From an uncultured Chthonomonadaceae bacterium (GTDB taxonomy: Bacteria; Armatimonadota; Chthonomonadetes; Chthonomonadales; Chthonomonadaceae), in assembly GCA_963817895.1 (NCBI GenBank), contig CAWFQB010000004.1, positions 384,001 through 448,000 on the forward strand: DNA of 64,000 nucleotides, given 5' to 3'. The position numbers and the translations under genes are program-made. This document shows positions 22,799-32,178 of this stretch, piece by piece (the stretch's first letter is position 1; the number at the start of each line of letters is the position of its first letter). The notes below the pieces were generated by a model. That model saw only the letters and a program-made list of their open reading frames with translations, did not search any database and was not told the DNA's origin.

Positions 22799-24211
22799 AT
22801 GAATGAAACCACCAACCCCGAAGTAAAGAAACTGCACGATTGGATTGACAGCCATCAAGAGCAGATTGTCACCGCCTTGCAGGGCGTCCTGCGCATCCCA
22901 AGCCTGAAAGCCGACCCGGAACCTGATGCGCCCTTTGGCCCGACCTGCCGCGCCGCGCTGGATTACACGCTGAATTTGTGCGATAGCCTCGGCTTCCGCG
23001 TCAAAGACGTAGGCGGCTACGCGGGCCATGCGGAGTTCGGCGAGGGCGCGGAGTACGTGGGCGCGCTCGGCCATCTGGATGTTGTGCCGGAGGGCGACGG
23101 CTGGCAGCATCCGCCGTATGGCGCGGAACTGGATGGGGGCTATATCTATGCGCGGGGCAGTTCCGATGATAAAGGCCCGACCTATGCCGCCCTTTTCGCC
23201 GCCAAAGCCATTCTGGACAGCGGCCTGCCCCTGAGCCGCCGTATCCGCGTGATTTTCGGATGCGATGAAGAGTCCGGTTTCGGCTGCGTCCACCACTATT
23301 TTGACGTTGCCAACGAAGAGCGGCCCGCGCTTGGCTTCACGCCCGATGCCGGGTTCCCGCTGATTTACGCGGAAAAGGGGATCGCCAACCTGATACTGGA
23401 AAAACAGCGCCCCGCGCCGAACGGCGACCTGCGGATTGTCAGCGCAAGCGGCGGGCGGCGTCCCAACATGGTTCCCGATGCCGCCGAAGCCCTGCTCATC
23501 GGGGAAGCCAACGCCCTTGCCCGCGCGGCGGAACAACTGGACAACTACTGGGACCGCAACGTGATTCTGGTTCCGGGCGCGGACACGCTGAAAATTACCG
23601 CGTTCGGCAAATCCGCGCACGGCGCGCGCCCCGCCAATGGCGATAACGCTGTTGCCCGTCTTGCCCGCGTTCTCGCCACCCTGAACCTGCCCGATACCGA
23701 GTTGTGGCTCGACTGGATTGCCGACACGGTTGACCCGACCGGGCAGGCGCTTGGCATCGCGCATACGGACGACGTTGCCGGCCCGCTGACCAGCAATCTG
23801 GGCATACTGGAAGCGACGGAAGAAAAAGTCCGCATCACGTACAACATCCGCTATCCCGTGACGTGGAGCAAGGACGAACTGCTTGCCGCCTATGCGCCCG
23901 TAGGCGAAAAAGCCGGCTGGACAATCGCGGAAATCCACGATCAAGCCCCGCTGTATGTGCCATTGGATCAGGAACCCGTCGCTACGCTGCTGCGCGTGTA
24001 CCGCGAAAACACGGGCGACGAGGACTCGCAGCCGGGGACAATGGGCGGCGGAACCTACGCCCGCGCCACCCCACACATCGTTGCATACGGCGCGGCCTTT
24101 CCCGGCGGCAGTGACGGCCCCGCCCACGAACCCGACGAGCGCATCGCCGTAGAAACCCTCCTCAACGCCGCCAAAATCTACGCGCAGGCGCTCTATGAGA
24201 TGGCGAAGTAA
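22799..24211 (+). CDS. pepV: M20 family dipeptidase PepV
   Basis: LGHLDVVP, IYARGSSDDKGP, GCDEESG, FTPDAGFPLIYAEKG, GKSAHG, GGGTYAR, AHEPDE. Confidence 0.9.
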   Translation: MNETTNPEVKKLHDWIDSHQEQIVTALQGVLRIPSLKADPEPDAPFGPTCRAALDYTLNLCDSLGFRVKDVGGYAGHAEFGEGAEYVGALGHLDVVPEGDGWQHPPYGAELDGGYIYARGSSDDKGPTYAALFAAKAILDSGLPLSRRIRVIFGCDEESGFGCVHHYFDVANEERPALGFTPDAGFPLIYAEKGIANLILEKQRPAPNGDLRIVSASGGRRPNMVPDAAEALLIGEANALARAAEQLDNYWDRNVILVPGADTLKITAFGKSAHGARPANGDNAVARLARVLATLNLPDTELWLDWIADTVDPTGQALGIAHTDDVAGPLTSNLGILEATEEKVRITYNIRYPVTWSKDELLAAYAPVGEKAGWTIAEIHDQAPLYVPLDQEPVATLLRVYRENTGDEDSQPGTMGGGTYARATPHIVAYGAAFPGGSDGPAHEPDERIAVETLLNAAKIYAQALYEMAK

Positions 24212-24404
24212 ACACACGACATGTGCTGTTAGCTATAACTGAAGCGTAATGTAGTTCGTAAAGTTCAGTGTCCCGGTTGATGTATTTCTGATGTCGTCAG
24301 GAGATGCCAATGGGACACTGAATTTTTTAGAAGGATATGCGGTAAAGCGCCACGAATAAAGTTACCATGACAATGGTTGCTGAGTCTTTGGCAGGAACAG
24401 ACAA

Positions 24405-26663
24405 ATGGCAGATTTAGATGACAGAATACCTGCTTTGCTGGCAGAGGAACAAAACGAGAAGTCACCCAAGCATTTTACGGTAGATGCCCGAACGATACTC
24501 CAATTGGGGCGACAGAGCATCAAAGATAATGTTACGGCTGTACTTGAATTGGTTAAGAACAGTTATGATGCCGACGCTGATATTGTGGAAGTAGAAATTG
24601 CCACACAGCAGGAAAATGGATACATTCGTATTGCTGACAATGGCTGTGGCATGACCGAAGATGTGATTGATGACAGTTGGCTACGTATCGGATTTTCCGA
24701 CAAAAGAGTTGAGCGATTCAGCAAACGAGGCCGCAGAAAAACCGGTGAAAAAGGGGTGGGAAGAATATCAGCGGATCGGCTAGGCTCTACGCTGGAGTTG
24801 CGAACACGAGCGGAAAACAAAGGCGATTTCGGACTGGTTATTGACTGGAATTTGTTCGATGTTGAGGGTGTGACGTTATCAGACATTCCTATCGAAACGT
24901 TGACTAACGTTAGAGCAGAGTTGCCGAGACATGGCACAAAATTATCTTCCGGCACGGAATTGATCGTTCGTGATCTGCGTGAACCGTGGACCGCCAATGA
25001 AATTCGTAACTTATATGATGAATTGTCTGTTCTCACGCCTCCATTTCAGCAGGTTCAGGATTTCAAAATCTATCTGAAAACAGATGTTGCACCAGATTAC
25101 AACGGCCTTATCACATCTTCTTTTGAAGAAGCTGCTCTTATTGAGTTAGAGGCAAGTTTTGACGGAGAATTGTTGCGTTACTGCCTGCTTGACCGTACCA
25201 ACAATGCTGCGCCTGTCAAGCAGGATGTTGAAGTGAAATGGAAGCAAATTGTTCAGAGCGTGACGCCAGGCACAGAGGTTCGCGCCCATGCGCTTGTCGG
25301 ACCTGTTCGCCTCAAATTAATGTTTTATCTGCGTAGCCAGACGGATTTATTATCGAAGGCCGACTTTAAATTGTCAGATTTGCGTGAGTTTCTCGACAGA
25401 AATGCTGGCGTGAAGATATACCGTGATAATATTCGCGTTCGACCTTACGGCGACCCCGCAACTACCGAGGGGGATTGGCTGGGCTTGAATGAACGTAAAG
25501 CGCGTGACCCTGCCGGGTTAAGTCGTGGAACTTACCATTTCACTGCAAATCAGGTTGTTGGAGCGGTATTTCTGAGCCGAGATGATAATTCTGCGCTGAT
25601 AGATAGCGCTAGTCGGGAAGGCCTAATTCATAGCGAAGCATTCGCAGATATGAGGGCTTTAACGCTGGCCTGTTTGTCATTGATGGAAATGCACCGGCAT
25701 GACACTTATCAATCGAAACGTCACGAAAAGGAACAGTTATCCCCGGATGAAGTACTGACCAATTTCACAAAGGAACTTTCAACCCTCACAGAAGGGCTGG
25801 AGCAAGTTCAAAATGAGCTAGCGGGCAATATATTCGGTACATCCCCTGAAGTTACGCAGGCACTTGCGCAAGTGGCTCGTATCGCCAATAGTGCGCAATT
25901 TGCAACAGAGTCCTTGAACGAGATCATGTCTCAGGCAGGGGTGCTAAGAGGTTTGGCTACGCTTGGCATTGCAACCTCTGTTTTTGGGCACGAGACACAA
26001 AGCGCGTTGACGCAGTTTGTTGGCTCTACAGCATTTGCGCGAGATCTGTTGCAAGTGGAAGAGCCAGATATAGCTGCCACGCGAAAGCAAGTAGAAACTG
26101 CGCTTCATTCTGCGCTTCAAGTCAGAGCATGGGGAGCCTTTTCCCTTGAGCGCGTAAAGCGCAACAAACGCGAAAAGCGATTAATCAATGTCAGAGAAAC
26201 CGTTCTCCGTGTAGCGAAAGAATTGCAGCCTGCGTTTCAAGCGGCGAGCATTGATCTGAATTGGACGCGAATGGAAGATGTTTGTGCCAGTCTCTTCGAG
26301 ATGGATGTTGAGTCTATCATTCTCAATCTGCTGACAAATGCTTATACTGCCTGTCAGCAAATTCAGAAAATAAGGCGTCCGCGCAAAGTGCAAATTGAGC
26401 TAAGCAAAGTTGCTTACAACAATAGAGATGGCTTTGAACTTGTTGTCTCCGATACCGGCCCCGGGGTTTCCGATGATCTTGCGGGCAAAATTTGGAAACC
26501 ATTAGTGTCTTTCAAGAAAAACGCTAAGGGGAATGAAGAAGGAACAGGATTGGGTTTAACTATCGTGAATTCGATTGTTACAGAGGCCAAAGGACACAAG
26601 GCTGTTTCTCTGAGTTCGGAATTAGGCGGTGCGCTTTTTTCAATATGGCTCCCAGTTGAGTAA
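24405..26663 (+). CDS. MORC-like GHKL ATPase fused to C-terminal histidine kinase
   Basis: N-term ELVKNSYDADA, IADNGCGM, GEKGVGR. C-term H-box FGHE, N-box NLLTNA, DTGPG, GTGLGL. AT-richer than flanks. Confidence 0.88.
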   Translation: MADLDDRIPALLAEEQNEKSPKHFTVDARTILQLGRQSIKDNVTAVLELVKNSYDADADIVEVEIATQQENGYIRIADNGCGMTEDVIDDSWLRIGFSDKRVERFSKRGRRKTGEKGVGRISADRLGSTLELRTRAENKGDFGLVIDWNLFDVEGVTLSDIPIETLTNVRAELPRHGTKLSSGTELIVRDLREPWTANEIRNLYDELSVLTPPFQQVQDFKIYLKTDVAPDYNGLITSSFEEAALIELEASFDGELLRYCLLDRTNNAAPVKQDVEVKWKQIVQSVTPGTEVRAHALVGPVRLKLMFYLRSQTDLLSKADFKLSDLREFLDRNAGVKIYRDNIRVRPYGDPATTEGDWLGLNERKARDPAGLSRGTYHFTANQVVGAVFLSRDDNSALIDSASREGLIHSEAFADMRALTLACLSLMEMHRHDTYQSKRHEKEQLSPDEVLTNFTKELSTLTEGLEQVQNELAGNIFGTSPEVTQALAQVARIANSAQFATESLNEIMSQAGVLRGLATLGIATSVFGHETQSALTQFVGSTAFARDLLQVEEPDIAATRKQVETALHSALQVRAWGAFSLERVKRNKREKRLINVRETVLRVAKELQPAFQAASIDLNWTRMEDVCASLFEMDVESIILNLLTNAYTACQQIQKIRRPRKVQIELSKVAYNNRDGFELVVSDTGPGVSDDLAGKIWKPLVSFKKNAKGNEEGTGLGLTIVNSIVTEAKGHKAVSLSSELGGALFSIWLPVE

Positions 26664-26674
26664 AGGAGTTTTGT

Positions 26675-27349
26675 ATGCCTACAATCGGCGTTGTTGATGA
26701 TAGAAAAGATCAGCGGGAACTTCTTGTAGGTCAGATTAGACACCATCTGCGCAATTATTCAGAATGGGAAGCACTCGAAACTCCCCCATTCGAGGATATT
26801 AATGATTATCCGAGTTGGATATCAGAGAATAATATCTCTGTTTTGATACTTGACGAGCGGCTACATGAAGGCATTGATGAACAGGAAGGAACTGAAAATA
26901 CTGTATTGCCTGTTGAATATGAGGGCCATAATGTAGTTGATTTGCTACGTGATCGGTATCATTCACTGCCCATCTGGATTGTGACAGCATATGCTGACGC
27001 CCCGGAATTACTGAGTAGACAATCAAAGATAAAGAATGTACTTCCGCGAGATGATTTCTCGTTGAATGCAGGTAATTACGTTTCACGATTTGTGAGACTT
27101 GGGACCGATTTTTATCAAGAGAATAGGGAGGAACTTGAAAGACTTGCAGAGTTGTCTCGAAAGATAGCCAGAGATGAAGCTACGGAGGAAGAAATCCGCG
27201 AAGCGGGTGGTTTACAACTGAGCCAGTCTCTACCGTTTCAGCCACTTCAATTGCGCAGTGAGTGGATTACCAAAATGGAACAGGCTGTAGACGAGTTAGC
27301 CGATCTTGAAAAGCGCATACGTCAGCATCTTGAGGGCAAAGAAGGATGA
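26675..27349 (+). CDS. Receiver (REC)-like protein with helical C-terminal extension
   Basis: IGVVDD, ILDERL, WIVTAY; canonical Lys not evident; RBS aaggag in the 11-nt gap after the kinase stop. Confidence 0.7.
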   Translation: MPTIGVVDDRKDQRELLVGQIRHHLRNYSEWEALETPPFEDINDYPSWISENNISVLILDERLHEGIDEQEGTENTVLPVEYEGHNVVDLLRDRYHSLPIWIVTAYADAPELLSRQSKIKNVLPRDDFSLNAGNYVSRFVRLGTDFYQENREELERLAELSRKIARDEATEEEIREAGGLQLSQSLPFQPLQLRSEWITKMEQAVDELADLEKRIRQHLEGKEG

Positions 27350-27981
27350 GTTGGTTTAGAATTGAGAAGGAAAACACGAAACAACCCGCAAAAGGCTCCT
27401 ACAAGGATTGGAAAGAAATACTGGCTGTAGAGGGCGGGCATCAGTGTGTTTATTGCGCTGTTTCCGAACGCTCGTTTGGCGGTATACGCAATTTTCATGT
27501 TGAGCATTACAGGCCGAAGAGTTTCAAGCGCTTTGAGACGCTGACGAATGACATACGCAATTTATACTATGCTTGTCCAATCTGCAACACGTTCAAGGGA
27601 GATGATTGGCCGAACGATCCTTCCGATGATTTAGCAGAGGAGTGTTACGCGGAGCCGTCTGCAATAGATTATACTTACCTGTTTATGCTTACAACCACAT
27701 CGGAAATCACCGGCAAGAATGTTGCCGCAAGGTACATGGTTGAAAAACTCTACCTGAACCGACCTCAACTGATAATGGAGCGAAGAGAAGAACAGATTTT
27801 CGTTCGCTTGAATAATATTAACCAACATTTGAGGCAGGATATCGAGATGCTATTAAGGCGCACAGATACAGAAAGCCATAACTTGGTAGTTGAGTACATA
27901 CAAAATAGAGACAAAATGAATGCAATACTGATTGAAGCAAGGAAGTTGCCTCCATATCACAGCGAAGATGTGAGCCGCTGA
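27346..27981 (+). CDS. HNH endonuclease
   Basis: CVYC...FHVEHYRPK...NLYYACPICNTFKG; ATGA overlap with the receiver gene. Confidence 0.88.
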   Translation: MSWFRIEKENTKQPAKGSYKDWKEILAVEGGHQCVYCAVSERSFGGIRNFHVEHYRPKSFKRFETLTNDIRNLYYACPICNTFKGDDWPNDPSDDLAEECYAEPSAIDYTYLFMLTTTSEITGKNVAARYMVEKLYLNRPQLIMERREEQIFVRLNNINQHLRQDIEMLLRRTDTESHNLVVEYIQNRDKMNAILIEARKLPPYHSEDVSR

Positions 27982-27986
27982 AATTC

Positions 27987-29663
27987 TCAACCTGCCTCAT
28001 TATTCATCAAGGTTTTTCCCTTTTTCAATAGATGCTTGTCAAACCTGTAATTACCAGCACCCTGGAAACGCCTCTGACGCAGACGATTTCTGGCACGTTC
28101 AAGACAGGGCTGCAATTCCGCGTATTCCGGTAGCATACAGCCAAGCAGTTGATCCGTTGCCGTAACCAGCAAATTCGAAGCGTCGCGCTGACCGCCTGCC
28201 TGTCGGCTGATCGTATCTAATCTTTCCAGATAGGGGCGCGTGTTTAGTACGGGAACGACGAGGCGGGCAAGTTCGGAAGGAACCAGTTCGAGGACGCCGC
28301 CTCCGTAGGTACGGCCTTCCAATTCGGCGGAAAGCAGGGTCAGGGAGTTGTGAAAGCCGGATACCAGATCGGTTTCCCGGTCGGCAAAGGCAGGCGTCAT
28401 TTCGCCCCGGTAAATGGTGTCCGTCGTGAATACGCGCGGCTGGTTGAGCAGCAGGCGGTGATGCTGGTGGGACCGCTTGGGCAGCATCAGGTTTCCCGCT
28501 TTGATGTGCGGAACCCGATACCACGGCGTTCGGATACGGCATTTGTAGCGTCCGGGCAGGTTGCGCTCCACGCCCGTTTGCAGATATTGCGCGGCAAGCG
28601 GATGCAGCATGGGATCGGGCCGGGGCGCGCTGAAATCCAGCAGCCAGCATTTGCGCCCCTGCTGCCGCGCCTGTTCCTGATCTGCCGCGTTGTAAACAAT
28701 CCCCAAACTGTCCGCCGTTCGCGCCAGAAGGGGACGCGCCCACTCCCATAATTCAAACTTCTCTACTACGCTTTCATCTACGGTGAAAAAGTCGTTGGCT
28801 CCCGTCACAATGGCAACCCCGATTGTGGCGACGCTTTTAAGAGGGTGAAAACCGGCAAGCCTTCGCGCCCTGCCGAACGCTTCCCATTCCGGCGCGGTCA
28901 GCAGATAGCGCATCCACGACTCGCCCGAAGCCGAAACAACATGCTGCCACGTTTGTATGCCCCCTGACGCATGTTCGCAAAACGTCGCCGTCCGTTCAGT
29001 CTGCGCATGGGGCGCGTAAGTGCCGCTGACAATTACCACGTCCTGCAAAATGTCGGGGAAAGCGTCACGAGGATACAGGTCTATTTGCAAATCGGCGCAA
29101 TGGCGACTCAGTTCCAACCGTATCTGCCCCGCCGAAATGGTTGTCAGCAGTTCGCTCGGCAATACAAGCGCGAACGCCCCGCCGGGTTTCAATAGCCGCA
29201 GACTCAACAGCGCGAAAGGTATCCAGAGGTTGGAAACGCCTTGCAATACCAGCCCCTCCGCGCGCAGCAATTGTTCGGCAAGGGTTCGGTCCTGTGCTGT
29301 GACAAACTGGTAGCGGACAAACGGGGGATTGCCCACAACGGCATCGAAGCGTTCCGCGTTGCCGTCCGCCCACGCGAAGAAACTGCCCGCGATTGTCTGG
29401 CCCGCAATGCCGTAACAGGTCATCGCGTCCCGGCATTTGGCGGCTTCTTCCTCATCAAGTTCAATACAGGTAAGGGTAGGCAACCGCAACTGCCCGCGTA
29501 TTACGAAATCACGAAAGCCGCGCGCAAACGCGCCATCCCCCGCAGAGGGTTCCAGTACGCGCAAAGAGCGGTTGGCGTCCGTCAATGTGGCGATACGTTC
29601 CAAACAGGCGGCCACAAGTAATGGCGACGTGTAGTACGCTCCACGCAGTTTGACCGCTCCCAT
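27987..29663 (-). CDS. N6-adenine DNA methyltransferase (gamma class, type II-like)
   Basis: RGAYYT, motif I VLEPSAGDGAF, motif IV VVGNPPFVRYQ, C-terminal GRTYGGGVLELVPSE. Start may be TTG at 29681. Confidence 0.9.
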   Translation of the reverse strand: MGAVKLRGAYYTSPLLVAACLERIATLTDANRSLRVLEPSAGDGAFARGFRDFVIRGQLRLPTLTCIELDEEEAAKCRDAMTCYGIAGQTIAGSFFAWADGNAERFDAVVGNPPFVRYQFVTAQDRTLAEQLLRAEGLVLQGVSNLWIPFALLSLRLLKPGGAFALVLPSELLTTISAGQIRLELSRHCADLQIDLYPRDAFPDILQDVVIVSGTYAPHAQTERTATFCEHASGGIQTWQHVVSASGESWMRYLLTAPEWEAFGRARRLAGFHPLKSVATIGVAIVTGANDFFTVDESVVEKFELWEWARPLLARTADSLGIVYNAADQEQARQQGRKCWLLDFSAPRPDPMLHPLAAQYLQTGVERNLPGRYKCRIRTPWYRVPHIKAGNLMLPKRSHQHHRLLLNQPRVFTTDTIYRGEMTPAFADRETDLVSGFHNSLTLLSAELEGRTYGGGVLELVPSELARLVVPVLNTRPYLERLDTISRQAGGQRDASNLLVTATDQLLGCMLPEYAELQPCLERARNRLRQRRFQGAGNYRFDKHLLKKGKTLMNNEAG

Positions 29664-29736
29664 GTCTTCCACCAACTTCAATCCGTCCACTCCCTGCCGC
29701 AAACAAAGCGCATAGGGTACACTCATCAAATAAAAT

Positions 29737-29849
29737 CCCGTAGGGACACAACATGTTGTGTCCTCCCCTGCGCCGTGTCTTCCTCTAATGATGCGGGCGA
29801 GAACATAACATACGCCAATGCGGACACAACATGTTGTGTCCCTACGGGG
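29737..29849. repeat. Inverted pair of GTAG REP-like palindromes (REPIN-like doublet)
   Basis: cccgtagggacacaacatgttgtgtcc ... ggacacaacatgttgtgtccctacggg. Confidence 0.85.
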
Positions 29850-30696
29850 TTGTTCTTTTGTAAACAAGTGGGTTCAGTTCGCTGGCGGCGGGTTCGCCCG
29901 GTTTTATGCCGGGAAGCCACGAGTCCAGATCGTTCTGGCGGTTTGGGTTGTCGGGGTTCAGGGCGAGTGTGCCGTCCGCGAAGTAGATGATGGTCATCAC
30001 TTCGCGGGTAGACGTTCCCGCGTTTCCCGGCGCGGAGTGCAGCGTCCAGCCCGCGTGGAAAGTGGCGTCGCCCGCCTGCATCACCGTATTCGTGACGTTG
30101 TAGCCTTTGTCTTTGACGATCTGCGCATACATGGCTTCGGATTCATCGGAAATAGCGACGTTTCCCAAAAAACCCTCCTGATGGGAACCGGTCGCGAACG
30201 TCAACGCGCCCATGTCAATCGGCACATCCACGAGCGGCATCCATAATGTAACCGTGTTCGCGGTATTGAGCGGCCAGTAGTATTGATCCTGATGCCAAGG
30301 CGTATGCCCGCCGCCCGCTTCCTTGTACAGCGATTGGTCATGGTACAAACGGACGCCCTCCACGCCCATCAAATCGGCAGCTATTTTGGCGAACCGGCGG
30401 GCAAGGGTGAATTTGCGGGCGGCGGGGTCATCGCGCCACAGGTTCATCGTCTGCAAAAACGCGCGTCCGTACGTGTCGCGCTCTGACATGGGGCGCGTTT
30501 CGTTATTAAGCGCATACGTGGCGTTGTTGAGAACGGGGCGGTACACGGCGATCTCATCCGGCGCGCAAACATGGCGCAGCAGCACATGGCCGTCGCGCCG
30601 ATACGCGGCAATCTGTTCCGCGCGCAGCGCGTACTCGCCGGAAAGGTCGGGCAGGTTTTCCAGAGCAGGCGCGGCTTCAAACGTCGTTGTTGTCAT
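29842..30696 (-). CDS. Phytanoyl-CoA dioxygenase (PhyH) family 2OG-Fe(II) oxygenase
   Basis: YHDQSLYKEAGGGHTPWHQDQYYWP (HxD), AGDATFHAGWTLHSA. Confidence 0.9.
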   Translation of the reverse strand: MTTTTFEAAPALENLPDLSGEYALRAEQIAAYRRDGHVLLRHVCAPDEIAVYRPVLNNATYALNNETRPMSERDTYGRAFLQTMNLWRDDPAARKFTLARRFAKIAADLMGVEGVRLYHDQSLYKEAGGGHTPWHQDQYYWPLNTANTVTLWMPLVDVPIDMGALTFATGSHQEGFLGNVAISDESEAMYAQIVKDKGYNVTNTVMQAGDATFHAGWTLHSAPGNAGTSTREVMTIIYFADGTLALNPDNPNRQNDLDSWLPGIKPGEPAASELNPLVYKRTTP

Positions 30697-30850
30697 GGTT
30701 TTCCACTCCTCACAGGTTGCAGACGTTGAAAACGCCCGCCAATTCAGGGTAACAGCATTGTCAATTACCGCCGTATTTCCACGCGCTGCAAGTAAACTCC
30801 TGCATTTTGTGAGAACATCAAGGACACTCTACAAGGACACTCCACAGGTT

Positions 30851-32047
30851 ATGACCGCAACCAATTCGCCGCCATCCGCAACACCCGAAATGCAGACAGG
30901 AACAGACGCCGCGCCCTGGAAGCAGATGCTGTCCGGCGCAATCCGGCCCTGGCTCACGCTTGCTCTCGTCTGCGCCCTGTTTTCGCTGCACCCGGATTTT
31001 CGGCGCATCTTCTGGATGCGGGACAATTTTCCTGACGTGTTACAGCAGTCGGGGCGCAATGTGGTACTGGCTGTCGGTATGTCGTTTGTGATTTTGACGG
31101 GCGGCATTGATCTGTCCATCGGCTCGGTTCTCGCGCTTTCCGGGGTCGGTATGGCAATGGCGCTGACCGGCAAACCTGTTATGCCCGGCTGGCTCGCCTG
31201 CTTTGCCGCCGCGCCCCCTGCCGCTCTGTGCGCCTGGATTGCCTCCCGAAAACAGCGAACCACAGCGTTCCGCAGCGCAAACGCCTATCTAAACCCGCAG
31301 ACCGTAACGCCGCTTGTAGTCTTTATTCTGGTGGAAGCGCTAATGAGTTTGCTGCTGTCGAGGTTGGTTGCGGGTGGCCTGAAAGTGGAGGGCGCGATTG
31401 TTGTTGGATTGCTGATTGGTATGGGGTGTGGGTTAGTGAACGGGCTTGTGGTTTCGCTCGGGCGCGTGCCGCCGTTTGTGGCGACGCTGGGAATGCTCAC
31501 CGCTGCGCGCGGCCTGACGCTGACGGCAACGGATGGCAGCAGCATTGCCACGCCCTACCCGCGCCTGCTGGCATTGGGGCAGGGCTTGCCGCTTGTGGTT
31601 ATCACCCTGCTGATGGTGCTGCTCGGAACCTGGCTGCTGACCAAAACCCGGCCCGGAAGGTACATTCTCTCCATCGGCGGCAACGAGCAGGCGTCGCGAT
31701 TGAGCGGCGTGGACGTGGCGGCAAACAAAACTCTGGCCTACGTTCTGGCGGGACTGGCGGCGGGAGTGGGGGCATTACTGGTTACGGCGAAATTCGGGCT
31801 GGCAAGCACCAACGCGGGTACGGGAGCCGAACTCGACGCCATTGCCGCCGTCGTTATCGGCGGCACAAGCCTGAGCGGGGGCCGGGGCAATATCATGGGC
31901 GCGTTAATCGGCGCGTTGACCATTACCGTCATCACAATGGGCCTGGTATTGGTGCATGTGAAAAACGACCTGCAACCCGTGATTTTAGGCGCGGTCATCA
32001 TCCTCACTGTCTTTCTGGACAACCTCCGGGGAAGGGGTAAGGTGTAA
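30851..32047 (+). CDS. Sugar (ribose-type) ABC transporter permease
   Basis: ILTGGIDLSIGS, VPPFVATLG, GRYILSIGGNEQASRLSGV, ELDAIAAVVIGGTSLSGG. Confidence 0.92.
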   Translation: MTATNSPPSATPEMQTGTDAAPWKQMLSGAIRPWLTLALVCALFSLHPDFRRIFWMRDNFPDVLQQSGRNVVLAVGMSFVILTGGIDLSIGSVLALSGVGMAMALTGKPVMPGWLACFAAAPPAALCAWIASRKQRTTAFRSANAYLNPQTVTPLVVFILVEALMSLLLSRLVAGGLKVEGAIVVGLLIGMGCGLVNGLVVSLGRVPPFVATLGMLTAARGLTLTATDGSSIATPYPRLLALGQGLPLVVITLLMVLLGTWLLTKTRPGRYILSIGGNEQASRLSGVDVAANKTLAYVLAGLAAGVGALLVTAKFGLASTNAGTGAELDAIAAVVIGGTSLSGGRGNIMGALIGALTITVITMGLVLVHVKNDLQPVILGAVIILTVFLDNLRGRGKV

Positions 32048-32111
32048 GGGATAAGGGATAAGTAAAATGCTTTCTGCTTACCACTTATCCCTTACACCTT
32101 ACCCCTTCCCC
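32028..32111. repeat. Palindromic heptamer repeat (GGGATAA/GGTGTAA units)
   Basis: ggggaaggggtaaggtgtaagggataagggataag ... cttaccacttatcccttacaccttaccccttcccc; overlaps the permease stop codon. Confidence 0.8.
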
Positions 32112-32178
32112 GGCACTATTATGCCCGTCAGCGCGTAGAAAGGGGAGAGTAAATTATTAATTTGTATGTCGTAAGGTC

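Noticed and set aside
29664..29867. N-terminal extension of the MTase with repeated DTTCCV peptide
   Set aside because: It is the translation of the REP doublet; the true start is near 29663-29681.
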